Positions 35,165-44,245 of a stretch of DNA of 64,000 bases are shown one piece after another; position 1 is the first letter of the stretch; every line of letters begins with the position of its first letter. Position numbers and translations under genes: made by a program. The stretch comes from Saprospiraceae bacterium. GTDB taxonomy: Bacteria > Bacteroidota > Bacteroidia > Chitinophagales > Saprospiraceae. The notes under the pieces were generated by a model, which saw only the letters and a list, made by a program, of their open reading frames with translations, was not told where the DNA came from and did not search any database. Location: positions 411-64,410 of the forward strand of contig JBJXEZ010000273.1 of NCBI GenBank assembly GCA_046153695.1, given 5' to 3'.

Positions 35165-37327
35165 ATGCCTGAAAAAAATCTGGCCCATTACGAACGCCTG
35201 CTCGATCTGCTCCGACAAGAAAAGGCGGAGGACTATCGCTCGTTCCTGCAGTCTGTGCGCGAAAAACCCCTGTCTGAGCGCGTCGAACAGGGCTACACTT
35301 GGTATCCGCTGAACGTGCTGCAAACCGGTTTCGCCCTCGGCGAAAAAGCATTTGTCGTGGTTGAGCGCACGGCACGCATAAACGAACCGCACCAGTTGCG
35401 TGCGGGCCAGTCGGTGAGCCTGTTCACCCAGGCCCCCCAAATCGAGCAACCCGAAAAACAGGGCATCATTAACTACGTCGAGCGCAACCGGATGAAAATC
35501 GTCCTGAACGCCCGCGATGTACCCGACTGGATCAACGCCGGCCTGCTCGGCGTGGATATGCTCTTCGATGACCGCAGCTACCGCGAAATGGAACGCGCAC
35601 TTGAAAAAGTGCTTGCTGCAAAAGGCGACCGGCTGGCGGAATTGCGGGATCTCGCAACCCCACCCGCATCCCCTCAGCCAGGGGGAAAGGGGGCAGCCTC
35701 GCGCCCAGCGGGGCAAACCCCATTTGTAGAAAAAAACTCCTTTGCGTTATCTGAATTTTTACCCGGAACCGAGGGCACGCCCCCTTCTTCCCCAGGGGAG
35801 GGAATAGGGGTGGGGTTGAACCCCTCCCAGCAAGCGGCCGTACAGGCCATCGTGGAAAACCGCGACATTGCCGTGATCCACGGCCCACCGGGTACCGGTA
35901 AAACAACAACACTCGTAGCCGCCATCCAGATGCTCTGCCAACGAGAAAACACCGTATTGGTGTCCGCCCCAAGCAATACCGCTGCTGATTTGTTAACCGA
36001 ACGCCTCGCAGTAGCCGGGTTGAACGTGGTACGCATTGGCAACATTAGCCGGGTGGACGAAGCCGTACTGGAACACACCCTCGAGGCCATTCTGGCCAAA
36101 CACCCGGAGAGTAAAAACATCAAAAAAGTCAAGATTCAGGCTGCCGAATACCGTCGACAGGCTCGACGGTACAAACGCAGTTTCGGCCACGAAGAACGCC
36201 GCGAACGCGAACACTTGAAAACACAGGCCCGCGAACTGGAGTCCTGGGCCAACGACCTCGAAAACCGGCTAGTGGACCAAGTGCTCACCTCGGCACAGGC
36301 CATAACCTGTACGCTCGTGGGTGCAGCGCACCCGCTGTTGGACAAGCGCAAGTTTCGCACCTGCATCATTGACGAGGCCGCCCAGTCTCTGGAGCCAGCC
36401 TGCTGGATTCCCATCGCCAAGTGCAGCCGGGTGGTACTCGCCGGCGACCCGTTTCAGCTGCCCCCTACGGTAAAAAACCTCGATGCCGCCCGTGCCGGGC
36501 TATCGGTTACCCTCATCGAACGTTGCATCGAGATACTGCCCGAACGGGTTGACCTGCTCACCGTACAATACCGGATGCACCGGGCTATTATGGGTTTTTC
36601 TAACCAATATTTTTACGGCGGCGCGCTGGTAGCGCACGAGAGTGTGGCGAGTCGGGTGCTCAACCCCACCCCCATCCACGCCGGGGGAGATGAGGGGGGT
36701 GGAGTTGTCACCTTCATTGACACTGCTGGCTGTGGTTTTGATGAGAGCGTACAGGCAAGCAGCGGCAGCCTGCACCGTGCGTTGAGCCGCTTCAACCCCG
36801 AAGAGGCCGTGCTAGTGCGCGAACACCTGCTCCAGTTGCTGCACCACCTGAACGGTGAACAATCGCAACTCCCGCACAACGAAAGCAACAGCCCGGGTGA
36901 AATCGCTTTGCCGAGTATAGGTATCCTCTCGCCCTATCGGGAGCAAGTCACTTACCTGGAACAAATGTTTCGGGATGACCCATACTTCGGGCAATGGGCA
37001 AATACCCGCAAGCATACTTCCAGCCCACAACCCTCCAACCAGAAAAACTTCAATCAGGAACCCGTCCTGACGATCAACACGATTGACGGTTTCCAAGGCC
37101 AAGAGCGCGACGTGATCTACATCAGCCTCGTGCGCTCCAATCCCAAACACGAGATTGGTTTTTTGCAGGACTACCGGCGTATGAACGTGGCCATGACCCG
37201 TGCGAGAAAAATGCTGGTGGTGATTGGTGATTCAGCAACCATCGGAAACAACAAGTTTTACCAGGCATTTTTGGACTATTGCGCCGAACACGGGCAGTAT
37301 AAAACCGGGTGGGAGTTTATGCGGTGA
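35165..37327 (+). CDS. Superfamily 1 (Upf1/IGHMBP2/DNA2-like) AAA helicase
   Basis: Motifs present: Walker A GPPGTGKTTT, motif II CIIDEAAQS, GDPFQLPPTV, VQYRMH, TIDGFQGQERDVIYISLVR, RMNVAMTRAR. It starts 10 nt after the nusA stop. Confidence 0.88.
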   Translation: MPEKNLAHYERLLDLLRQEKAEDYRSFLQSVREKPLSERVEQGYTWYPLNVLQTGFALGEKAFVVVERTARINEPHQLRAGQSVSLFTQAPQIEQPEKQGIINYVERNRMKIVLNARDVPDWINAGLLGVDMLFDDRSYREMERALEKVLAAKGDRLAELRDLATPPASPQPGGKGAASRPAGQTPFVEKNSFALSEFLPGTEGTPPSSPGEGIGVGLNPSQQAAVQAIVENRDIAVIHGPPGTGKTTTLVAAIQMLCQRENTVLVSAPSNTAADLLTERLAVAGLNVVRIGNISRVDEAVLEHTLEAILAKHPESKNIKKVKIQAAEYRRQARRYKRSFGHEERREREHLKTQARELESWANDLENRLVDQVLTSAQAITCTLVGAAHPLLDKRKFRTCIIDEAAQSLEPACWIPIAKCSRVVLAGDPFQLPPTVKNLDAARAGLSVTLIERCIEILPERVDLLTVQYRMHRAIMGFSNQYFYGGALVAHESVASRVLNPTPIHAGGDEGGGVVTFIDTAGCGFDESVQASSGSLHRALSRFNPEEAVLVREHLLQLLHHLNGEQSQLPHNESNSPGEIALPSIGILSPYREQVTYLEQMFRDDPYFGQWANTRKHTSSPQPSNQKNFNQEPVLTINTIDGFQGQERDVIYISLVRSNPKHEIGFLQDYRRMNVAMTRARKMLVVIGDSATIGNNKFYQAFLDYCAEHGQYKTGWEFMR
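35655..35818. repeat. GC-rich palindromic element embedded in-frame in the helicase gene (family D, long copy)
   Basis: The left arm is caaccccacccgcatcccctcagccagggggaaag. The reverse complement of the right arm reads caaccccacccctattccctcccctggggaag, about 80 percent identical by eye. The arms flank a ~95-bp AT-richer core. The element is translated as ...ATPPASPQPGGKGAAS...GTPPSSPGEGIGVGLNP just upstream of Walker A. Confidence 0.6.
36661..36707. repeat. GC-rich palindromic element embedded in-frame in the helicase gene (family D, short copy)
   Basis: In caaccccacccccatccacgccgggggagatgaggggggtggagttg, the first 17 nt differ at one position from the left arm at 35655, and the sequence is self-complementary at its ends. 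It is translated as NPTPIHAGGDEGGGVV. Confidence 0.5.
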
Positions 37328-37340
37328 GCACAAACCCACA

Positions 37341-39059
37341 TCAGTCCGGGCAAATAATCTTGATATCCGTGCGGCGGTTTATCCGGTGGTGATCGTGGTC
37401 TTCGTTGATCTTGCAGTTGTTGTCGCACTTTTCAAGGGGGAACCTTTTCCCAAACCCTTTTGCCGCCAAGCGCCCTTCGGCAATTCCTTGAACGACAAGG
37501 TAACGCTTGGCCGACTCAGCCCGATCACGCGACAGCTTGTCGTCGTGCTCGTGTGTGCCCCGAATATCTGCATGCCCCTGTATTTCGGCTTTCAAGCGAG
37601 GATTGTCGCGGAGGAATTGGGCCACAATGCCCAGTTCTCTTTTGGCATCCGATTCCAATTCCGCCCGGTCGTACTCGTAATACACGTGGTGAATGGCATC
37701 GCAACCAAGTTCTTCCATACAGATTTCTAATTTGATAAAGAGTGTGGCATCCCGGTCAAATCCGCGTGTGGAGAGGCGCTCAATCTGCGACAGGTACATG
37801 TCTTTACTCGCGTAAATCTGAAAATCGTTATTTCCGTTCAGGTGGAAAATGTACTCGCCTGTGCTGTTCGTAATGGTGCGTTTTTCCTCGGCCGCGCCAA
37901 GATTTTTCAACACCACGGACACCCTCGGCAGGGAGAGGTTCGTGTTGCATTTCACCACTTGGCCTTTGAGGATAAAACTTGGGTCGTCGTACCAAATTTC
38001 TTTTACCACAGTAAGTCCGTTTTTGAACTCATCGCGCTGAACCGAATTGCCCCGGAGGTCTTTGTCGTACAGCCTGCCTTCAATGGCGTAGTCGCCCTCT
38101 GGCTTGTGCAAAAAAACAAACTCGCCATTACCGTCAGTTGTGCCGCGGGCTATTACAGCACCTTGGGCGTTTTTGAGCACCACGTTGGTTTCCGGCAACA
38201 CTTGGCCGGTTCGCATGTCGCGTGCGGTGACCCGAATGTTTGCTGACTGTGGCGGAACAGGCCCTGTTCTGCCTGGAATCCGAACGATGATTCCTGCCGA
38301 AACACCCCAGGAGGCGTAATCGCACTGGCAGGGGTCGAATGCGGGGTTGAAGTCGGGTGTTTCGATGGAATTTATCCCGCCCGTGTGCTCGAAGGGATGG
38401 TAGCCAGCGTACACGCCCATTGTGGGATCGTATACCTCGGGCACCTGGTATTGGCGCAGGTAGTATGCACCGAAGTTGATGCCGACCAGTTCGCTGAAAA
38501 AGTACTTGAGTTCCAGTTGCAGTTTGCCGGCAGGTACCACGTCGTTTTGGTCATGCTTAAAACCCCCGTGGTAGTTCAGCAGTCCGGGCGACGAAACAAG
38601 GGGCGTTCCCACCAACATCGTATAGCCGCCGGAGATGGAGGAAACCCCTCCCCGGCCTTTCAATTCAGCAGAAAAATCAGCACTAAACTGGTGTATTAGG
38701 CTTAACCCGACTCCGAAAAAATAGCGGTCAATTTGGTTTTCTTCCAGGTAAAAATCAACGAAAGGCTCATTGCCAAACAAGACCAGGTTTTCAGTCGGGT
38801 ACATGTTTTTGGAGGAATTGGACAGGTAGTCAAAATCGGCACCGAGACCAATCCAACCCCAATAGTGATCAGCAGACAAGCCCGCCGACCAACCGGACCG
38901 GTACTTGATGTAAGGCGACATTCCGAGGTACGAGGGGAAATCCAGACCGAGGTGGGCCGAAAAATGGTAACCTGAAGAATAGTCTGTTTTCTGAGCGTCA
39001 AGCAGGGTGGGGGAGCCAATGGAGCATGCCATCAGGGCGAATAACAAAAGACGAATCAT
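37341..39059 (-). CDS. OmpA-family outer membrane protein (N-terminal beta-barrel-like region, carboxypeptidase-regulatory-like domains, C-terminal OmpA domain)
   Basis: The signal peptide is MIRLLLFALMACSIGSPTLLDAQ. The C-terminus is YEYDRAELESDAKRELGIVAQFLRDNPRLKAEIQGHADIRGT...RDRAESAKRYLVVQGI...NRRTDIKI. Confidence 0.8.
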   Translation of the reverse strand: MIRLLLFALMACSIGSPTLLDAQKTDYSSGYHFSAHLGLDFPSYLGMSPYIKYRSGWSAGLSADHYWGWIGLGADFDYLSNSSKNMYPTENLVLFGNEPFVDFYLEENQIDRYFFGVGLSLIHQFSADFSAELKGRGGVSSISGGYTMLVGTPLVSSPGLLNYHGGFKHDQNDVVPAGKLQLELKYFFSELVGINFGAYYLRQYQVPEVYDPTMGVYAGYHPFEHTGGINSIETPDFNPAFDPCQCDYASWGVSAGIIVRIPGRTGPVPPQSANIRVTARDMRTGQVLPETNVVLKNAQGAVIARGTTDGNGEFVFLHKPEGDYAIEGRLYDKDLRGNSVQRDEFKNGLTVVKEIWYDDPSFILKGQVVKCNTNLSLPRVSVVLKNLGAAEEKRTITNSTGEYIFHLNGNNDFQIYASKDMYLSQIERLSTRGFDRDATLFIKLEICMEELGCDAIHHVYYEYDRAELESDAKRELGIVAQFLRDNPRLKAEIQGHADIRGTHEHDDKLSRDRAESAKRYLVVQGIAEGRLAAKGFGKRFPLEKCDNNCKINEDHDHHRINRRTDIKIICPD

Positions 39060-39267
39060 GGTGTGGTTTGAATTTATTGCCTGCTCAATAAAGCGGGCAA
39101 GGAGTGAGCAATGCGCTCTTTGGGGGCCTGTTTGTGCACATCCTATCTGTAGCAGCAAGCGCGGCGGAGGTTCCTGAATGATGGAGTTTTTTTTAAGGAA
39201 GAAGTACCTTGGCCCTCGAAAGGCAACCGGAACCTTTGCCCGGGTTCATGCTACTAATACCAGAACG

Positions 39268-39858
39268 ATGACAGACGAAGCACTCATCGCAGGCATTCTT
39301 GCGGGCGGTTTGGAGCGGGAAAAAGCCCTCCAGTACCTGTACAAAGCAGAAAACTGCCGCAACCCCGTTCGGGCTTATGTGCTGGCTAATGGCGGCACGC
39401 TTGACGATTTCAAGGACGTATTTCAAAATGCCCTGCTCGCCTTAGACCGCAATATTCGCCTTGGCCGTTTTGAACACCGGAGCAAGTTGAGCACTTATTT
39501 CAACCAAATAGCCCGCTGGCGCTGGCAGGAGATTAAGCGCAGCCAGCACCCAACGGAACCCTACGATGCCGCTGAGTTCGACGCACCAATACAGGCCCCC
39601 ATTCAGCAGATGCTGGACAACGGCGAAATGCGCAGCCTGCTGGACAAAACACTCGACCTGATCGGCTCGCCCTGCAGGGAGATGTTGCGCCTCTATTCCT
39701 TCAGTTATGCCATGGAGGAAATCGGGCAGGGGTACGGCCTTACGGCCACACAGGCCAAACGCCGGGTACATAGCTGCCGGGAAAACGCCGAACGCCAAAT
39801 CCTCCAAAATGCCGACCTCAAGCAGCGGTACCTCGAACTGTTCAACAGATTTTTGTAA
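39268..39858 (+). CDS. Sigma-70 family (ECF-like) RNA polymerase sigma factor
   Basis: It has a region 2-like segment (DFKDVFQNALLALDRNI...YFNQIARWRW) and a region 4 HTH (CREMLRLYSFSYAMEEIGQGYGLTATQAKRRVHSCRE). The start is placed at the ATG at 39268. Confidence 0.7.
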   Translation: MTDEALIAGILAGGLEREKALQYLYKAENCRNPVRAYVLANGGTLDDFKDVFQNALLALDRNIRLGRFEHRSKLSTYFNQIARWRWQEIKRSQHPTEPYDAAEFDAPIQAPIQQMLDNGEMRSLLDKTLDLIGSPCREMLRLYSFSYAMEEIGQGYGLTATQAKRRVHSCRENAERQILQNADLKQRYLELFNRFL

Positions 39859-39860
39859 CC

Positions 39861-41012
39861 ATGACGGACGCAGAACTGAATCGAACGACAGCCGGCTGGC
39901 TCGCCGGAACCTTACCGGAGGAGGTTGCCGAAGCGTTTCGCGCGGCGCTGCGAGGCTCGGAGCCGCTGCGCGAACGGGCACATCAGATGGCCCTCGGGTT
40001 TCTGTTGGCCGAACGTTCGGAACAAGCAGCCTTGCTTCAGCAAATGGACGCCTGGGAAAACGACCTGATCTTCGATCCACCCGCAAATACAGACATTGCT
40101 CACATCGAACTGCTGCTAAATGAACGCCAAGACGAAATCGAATTGCGGCAAAACATGGATGCCTGGGAAACTGATCTGGCCGACAGACCCGCGCCGCCTG
40201 TGCCATTTCACGTGTGGCGCTGGCTGGGAGCCATCGTACTCGCCGCACTGCTTTTTGCTGTACTGCTGGTCTGGATTTGTAGCCCATCGAAGTACGAGCC
40301 AAGCGAGCCGGCAAAAACCACGAAACCTGTCCCGCCACAAAAATCCTTCGATCTGGCTCCCCCTCAGCCAACCCCTGCCCCCCTTGAAAAAAACGTGCCT
40401 GAGCCGCAAAAATCTAACTCAAAAGACGACTTGCCTTCCCAAGTCAGACCCCAGTACATTGCCCTGGCGGAGGATAATTACAGGCAATCGGCTGTGACCA
40501 CAGATAACCTCCGCTCCGATTTCATGCTCCCGCTCGATGAAATGCCACCCAAGATAAAAGACCACAACCCCGACAACCCATTCAATACCGGACTTGATGA
40601 TGTTACGGACGCTCCGGGAACTGTACGGCCCCGCTTACTAGTCGATCACCAACGAGCCCTGTCTGCATTCGAAAACCGCCGTTGGCCAGAGGCTGTCCGG
40701 CGGCTCGATATTCTGCTGTCTCAGTTGTCCGAATCCGAAAAGCCGCCCTACCAGTTACTGCTTGGCGGGGCCTGTTTTGAGCAAAGAGAATTCCAGCGTG
40801 CTGCTGCCGTTTTTAGCCAAAAAACCTTGCAGGACGACCCAATTTTAGGCTTTGATGCGCAGCGGTACGAGCTGCTCAGCCGCTTGGCCGATTTGCCTGC
40901 GGGCAAGGATGCGTTTGGCCGGTTGATCCAAAATATTCGCCAAGACCCGGAAAATCCGAACCGCGATCTGGTTGAAAACCTGCTGCGCAAAATCCCGAAT
41001 TGGCAAGATTGA
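39861..41012 (+). CDS. Single-pass membrane protein, candidate anti-sigma factor (cytoplasmic N-domain with duplicated MDAWE[NT]DL motif, Pro-rich linker, periplasmic TPR-like domain)
   Basis: It starts 2 nt after the sigma gene stop. The TM segment is WRWLGAIVLAALLFAVLLVWI. LLQQMDAWENDL and LRQNMDAWETDL are duplicated upstream of the TM. The C-terminus is helical (RRWPEAVRRLDILL..., LLLGGACFEQREFQRAAAVF). Confidence 0.55.
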   Translation: MTDAELNRTTAGWLAGTLPEEVAEAFRAALRGSEPLRERAHQMALGFLLAERSEQAALLQQMDAWENDLIFDPPANTDIAHIELLLNERQDEIELRQNMDAWETDLADRPAPPVPFHVWRWLGAIVLAALLFAVLLVWICSPSKYEPSEPAKTTKPVPPQKSFDLAPPQPTPAPLEKNVPEPQKSNSKDDLPSQVRPQYIALAEDNYRQSAVTTDNLRSDFMLPLDEMPPKIKDHNPDNPFNTGLDDVTDAPGTVRPRLLVDHQRALSAFENRRWPEAVRRLDILLSQLSESEKPPYQLLLGGACFEQREFQRAAAVFSQKTLQDDPILGFDAQRYELLSRLADLPAGKDAFGRLIQNIRQDPENPNRDLVENLLRKIPNWQD

Positions 41013-41022
41013 AATCCGAAGG

Positions 41023-44000
41023 TTAGCGCAGCGGCAGCATATCGCCCGTAGCGATAAACCCGGCCCAGAAAAAAGGGTGCTGATAGCGCGGGGCGGAAGT
41101 GGACACGAAGTTCCGTTTGGCCAGTTGCAACGCCTCGTCTTTGGCTGCACCCCCGTACAACGCTGAATAAAATTCCTCCATCAGGCGGGTAGTGGCAGCA
41201 TCGTTCACCACCCACAGGCTATGCACAACACTTTTGGCACCCGCTGCGGCGAAGGCTCGAGCCAGGCTGACGGCTCCTTCGCCGTGCTGTATTTTCCCGA
41301 TCCCTGTTTCGCAGGCCGACAATACCACCATATCGGCGTAGAGCGCCAACCCGTAGAGGTCAGTTGTGTAGATCAGCCCTTTTTCGGCAGAATCGGCGGG
41401 TGCGGCAAATACCAGACAGGCGCGATCGGCCCGACGCGGGTCCGCCTGCGCGTGGGTAGCAAGGTGCAATATGCGGTAGTCCCCATAACGCTCCATAAAA
41501 GCCTGGGCAGTAGCTGCTTTCCCGAACAAGGCATCGCCTCCGAAAATGCGATTCACCGTTTCGACCTCCTTGCTGGAGCTCGGTAGCGGGATAAAGGCAC
41601 GGCGGTTTTCCGGGTTGACGGTAGATTGCAAAACGACGGTGTCTGCCGTGGCAAACGGTGCCAGAGCCAGGAGGCTGCGTTTTGGAGCCTGGCGGTTTTC
41701 AGGCGTTTGCATGGCATGGAGCGTGCTGGCCGAGTATGTATAACTGACCGCATGGTGGTGGCACAGATAAGGCAAGGCCCCCAGGTTTCTCGGACTACCG
41801 AGGCTATCGGTCAACAGCACTTCAAATGGGACCGCCACAAGCGTGGCATCGGGTACAAAAATAACGCGTCGTTCAAGCCATGGCCGAAGGGGTAGTACCA
41901 GTTTTTGGTACAATTTGCTGGCATATTCCAAATACTGAGCAGTGGTTTGGCGGTACAATCCAGGTTCGCGTTCCGCCTCTGGTTGGGCATAGTATCCGTA
42001 AATACCCTCCCGCAGTTTTTCGATCCAGGTATCGATAGGGAAATCTTTTTTAACCTCGATGAAATGCACGCCGTTAGCACGCACGACGAACGCAAAAAGG
42101 CTGCTGTCGCCGGTGAAATAGGCAACCAGCGTTTGGTCTGAGGGTAAAGCGGAAATTGTTTGAGAAAGCGACTGGGTGCGTTGGCCGCCGTACCGGAGCC
42201 GGTAAAAATCGGGATAGCGGGTCTCCACGAGTAGGCGCAGGCTGTTCAGTTGCGTGCGAGCAGCGAGGGCATCGGCGGCGTAACGCAAGTCCAGCGAATC
42301 GGCAAGCCCGATCGTTGAGGTATGCTCCAATTGGCGCTTTTCCAGCCTAAGCAACCGTTGTTTGGCCAAGGCAAGAGCCTGCGCGACGGAATCGGGCAGG
42401 CTGGCAAAGTGTGTGGCCCGGCTTTCCAGCAGGAGGTTGTGCAGTACAATGGCCTTGGTTTGCTCGCTATAGTCCCAGGCGCGGGATAATGCTTCTTTGT
42501 CGCTCGTTTGTTGGTAGGCGTGAAATTCGGCACGAATGCCATTTTCAGCGATCTGGTAAATCCATTTGATTACAGAGGCGAGGCCAGCGTATTCGACTTG
42601 GTGGAATGTATAGTTTTGTGCCAGTTCCATGCCTTGGCGGAAATGGAGGCGGGCCATTTCGAGGTCGGTCGTTTTTGCATGCATTTTGTAGCGATGCATG
42701 TATGTGCCGCCGAGGGTATTGAGGAAGATCAGTTTGTCGTCCAGGTGGTCGGCATCGGAGGCATCTTTCAGGTTTTCCCAGGTTTGGTTTAGCCAGGCAA
42801 GTGCCAGGCTGTCCTTGCCGAGCATCAGGCAGGTACTTGCCATGCCGTTCATGCCAATTGCTAATAAGGGCAGGGGGTGTTGGCCCGGCGCCTGGTGGTT
42901 CATTGAAGCCGAGAAATACGCCAGTGCGGAGTCCAGTTGGTTTTGTTGAAAAAAACAGGTGCCCATGTTATGCAGGGTATGCGCAACACCAGCCTGATCA
43001 ACTACTGAACGTACAGCGAGCGACTGCCGGAAGTAAACGAATGCTGTATCAAAATGGCCGAGGTTGCTGTGGTAAGTTCCTAAATTGTTCAACAACACGC
43101 CGAAGACATAACCAGGCGCTTGACTGATACTTCGCTGAAGGGCCAGGCCTTTTTCAGCCCATGAAATTGCCTGTTCATTTTCCCCAGAATGGCGGTGGTT
43201 TTCAGCCAGATTGTTAAACACATTGACCTGTGTGCTGCGGGTGTCGAATTGGCTGCGTTCCAGAATATCGAGAGCGGCACGGAGATATGCGCGACTTTTC
43301 AGCACATCGCCTCGAATGCCTGTGGCCAAACTGCAAAATACCTGAGCGACATCCGGGTGGTTATCTCCAAGAACGGAACGCAATACGTCCACGGCACGGA
43401 GTTGGTACACTTCGGCAGAATCGGGCTGCCCGCTTGCACTAAAAATAAGCCCCATATTGCCAAGGGCCTGGCCGAGTTCCTGGCTTTTTCCCTCCGGTGC
43501 ATGCAGGAGGAAAATACGGATAGCTTCGCGGGTATAGATCGTCGCGCTGTCCAGGTTATTTTGCCTCCAGTACACGCTGCCCAGGTTCTTATGGCTCGTC
43601 CCTGTTTCAGGGTGAAATTCGCCCCAAGCCTCTCGACGCAGGGCCAATGCCTTGTGGTGGTATTGCAGGCTACGTTTGGGTTCGGAGTCTTCGAGGCAAT
43701 AGGCGATGTTGTTGTACACGTTCGCCAAGTTCCTACGCTGGTCGTCGAGGCGCAACAGCAGTCGTTGAAGGCTCCGTTCGTAGGCTTTTTGCGCTTCGAC
43801 TTTATTACCGGCGTACAGGTAGGCATTTCCGATAAGGAAATGGCAGTTTGAAATGTCCAGGTGGAGTGAGTCAAGATGTTTTTCCCGGATTACGAGCGCC
43901 TGTTGCAGTTTGAATAACGCCTGTGGGTATTTGCCCCCCTGGGTAAATATCAACCCAATAGACTCCAGGATTTCTGCCGTTTCGAGGCTGCCCAGCCCAG

Positions 44001-44181
44001 TGCTGTCTTCTTGCGCGCGCAGGGCCTGGTTGGCTAAAACAAGGGCTTGTTGCAAGGCACCTTCCCGGCGTTTCTGGCGGGTTTCTTCGAGAATTTGCGC
44101 GACAGGCTGTTGGCCCAGCGCTATTGCCGGGGCCAAAATGACAAGCAAAAGCAGTACAGCGTTGGTTCGTAAACTTGCCAT
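41023..44181 (-). CDS. Secreted TPR-repeat CHAT-domain (caspase-like) protease
   Basis: The signal peptide is MASLRTNAVLLLLVILAPAIALGQQ, followed by ~650 aa of TPR repeats. The C-terminal CHAT domain carries a His/Cys dyad context: YRILHLATHA and MVVLSACETG. Confidence 0.85.
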   Translation of the reverse strand: MASLRTNAVLLLLVILAPAIALGQQPVAQILEETRQKRREGALQQALVLANQALRAQEDSTGLGSLETAEILESIGLIFTQGGKYPQALFKLQQALVIREKHLDSLHLDISNCHFLIGNAYLYAGNKVEAQKAYERSLQRLLLRLDDQRRNLANVYNNIAYCLEDSEPKRSLQYHHKALALRREAWGEFHPETGTSHKNLGSVYWRQNNLDSATIYTREAIRIFLLHAPEGKSQELGQALGNMGLIFSASGQPDSAEVYQLRAVDVLRSVLGDNHPDVAQVFCSLATGIRGDVLKSRAYLRAALDILERSQFDTRSTQVNVFNNLAENHRHSGENEQAISWAEKGLALQRSISQAPGYVFGVLLNNLGTYHSNLGHFDTAFVYFRQSLAVRSVVDQAGVAHTLHNMGTCFFQQNQLDSALAYFSASMNHQAPGQHPLPLLAIGMNGMASTCLMLGKDSLALAWLNQTWENLKDASDADHLDDKLIFLNTLGGTYMHRYKMHAKTTDLEMARLHFRQGMELAQNYTFHQVEYAGLASVIKWIYQIAENGIRAEFHAYQQTSDKEALSRAWDYSEQTKAIVLHNLLLESRATHFASLPDSVAQALALAKQRLLRLEKRQLEHTSTIGLADSLDLRYAADALAARTQLNSLRLLVETRYPDFYRLRYGGQRTQSLSQTISALPSDQTLVAYFTGDSSLFAFVVRANGVHFIEVKKDFPIDTWIEKLREGIYGYYAQPEAEREPGLYRQTTAQYLEYASKLYQKLVLPLRPWLERRVIFVPDATLVAVPFEVLLTDSLGSPRNLGALPYLCHHHAVSYTYSASTLHAMQTPENRQAPKRSLLALAPFATADTVVLQSTVNPENRRAFIPLPSSSKEVETVNRIFGGDALFGKAATAQAFMERYGDYRILHLATHAQADPRRADRACLVFAAPADSAEKGLIYTTDLYGLALYADMVVLSACETGIGKIQHGEGAVSLARAFAAAGAKSVVHSLWVVNDAATTRLMEEFYSALYGGAAKDEALQLAKRNFVSTSAPRYQHPFFWAGFIATGDMLPLR

Positions 44182-44194
44182 AAAAGGTGGGTTC

Positions 44195-44233
44195 GAGTAT
44201 CAATCACTGTTTGTAGCCCGGCAATTGATACTC
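44195..44233 (-). terminator. Terminator-like hairpin downstream of the isc operon
   Basis: There is a 10-bp stem gagtatcaat / attgatactc with a 19-nt loop, 13 nt after the iscA stop. The T-run on the minus strand is weak. Confidence 0.35.
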
Positions 44234-44245
44234 AAACAGGCGCTC

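Noticed and set aside
40361-40400. An 11-nt match (cccctcagcca) between the anti-sigma-like gene and the helicase palindromic element.
   Set aside because: The region codes for a Pro-rich linker (PPQPTPAP), has no G-rich complementary half and forms no palindrome. The short match is explained by proline codons.
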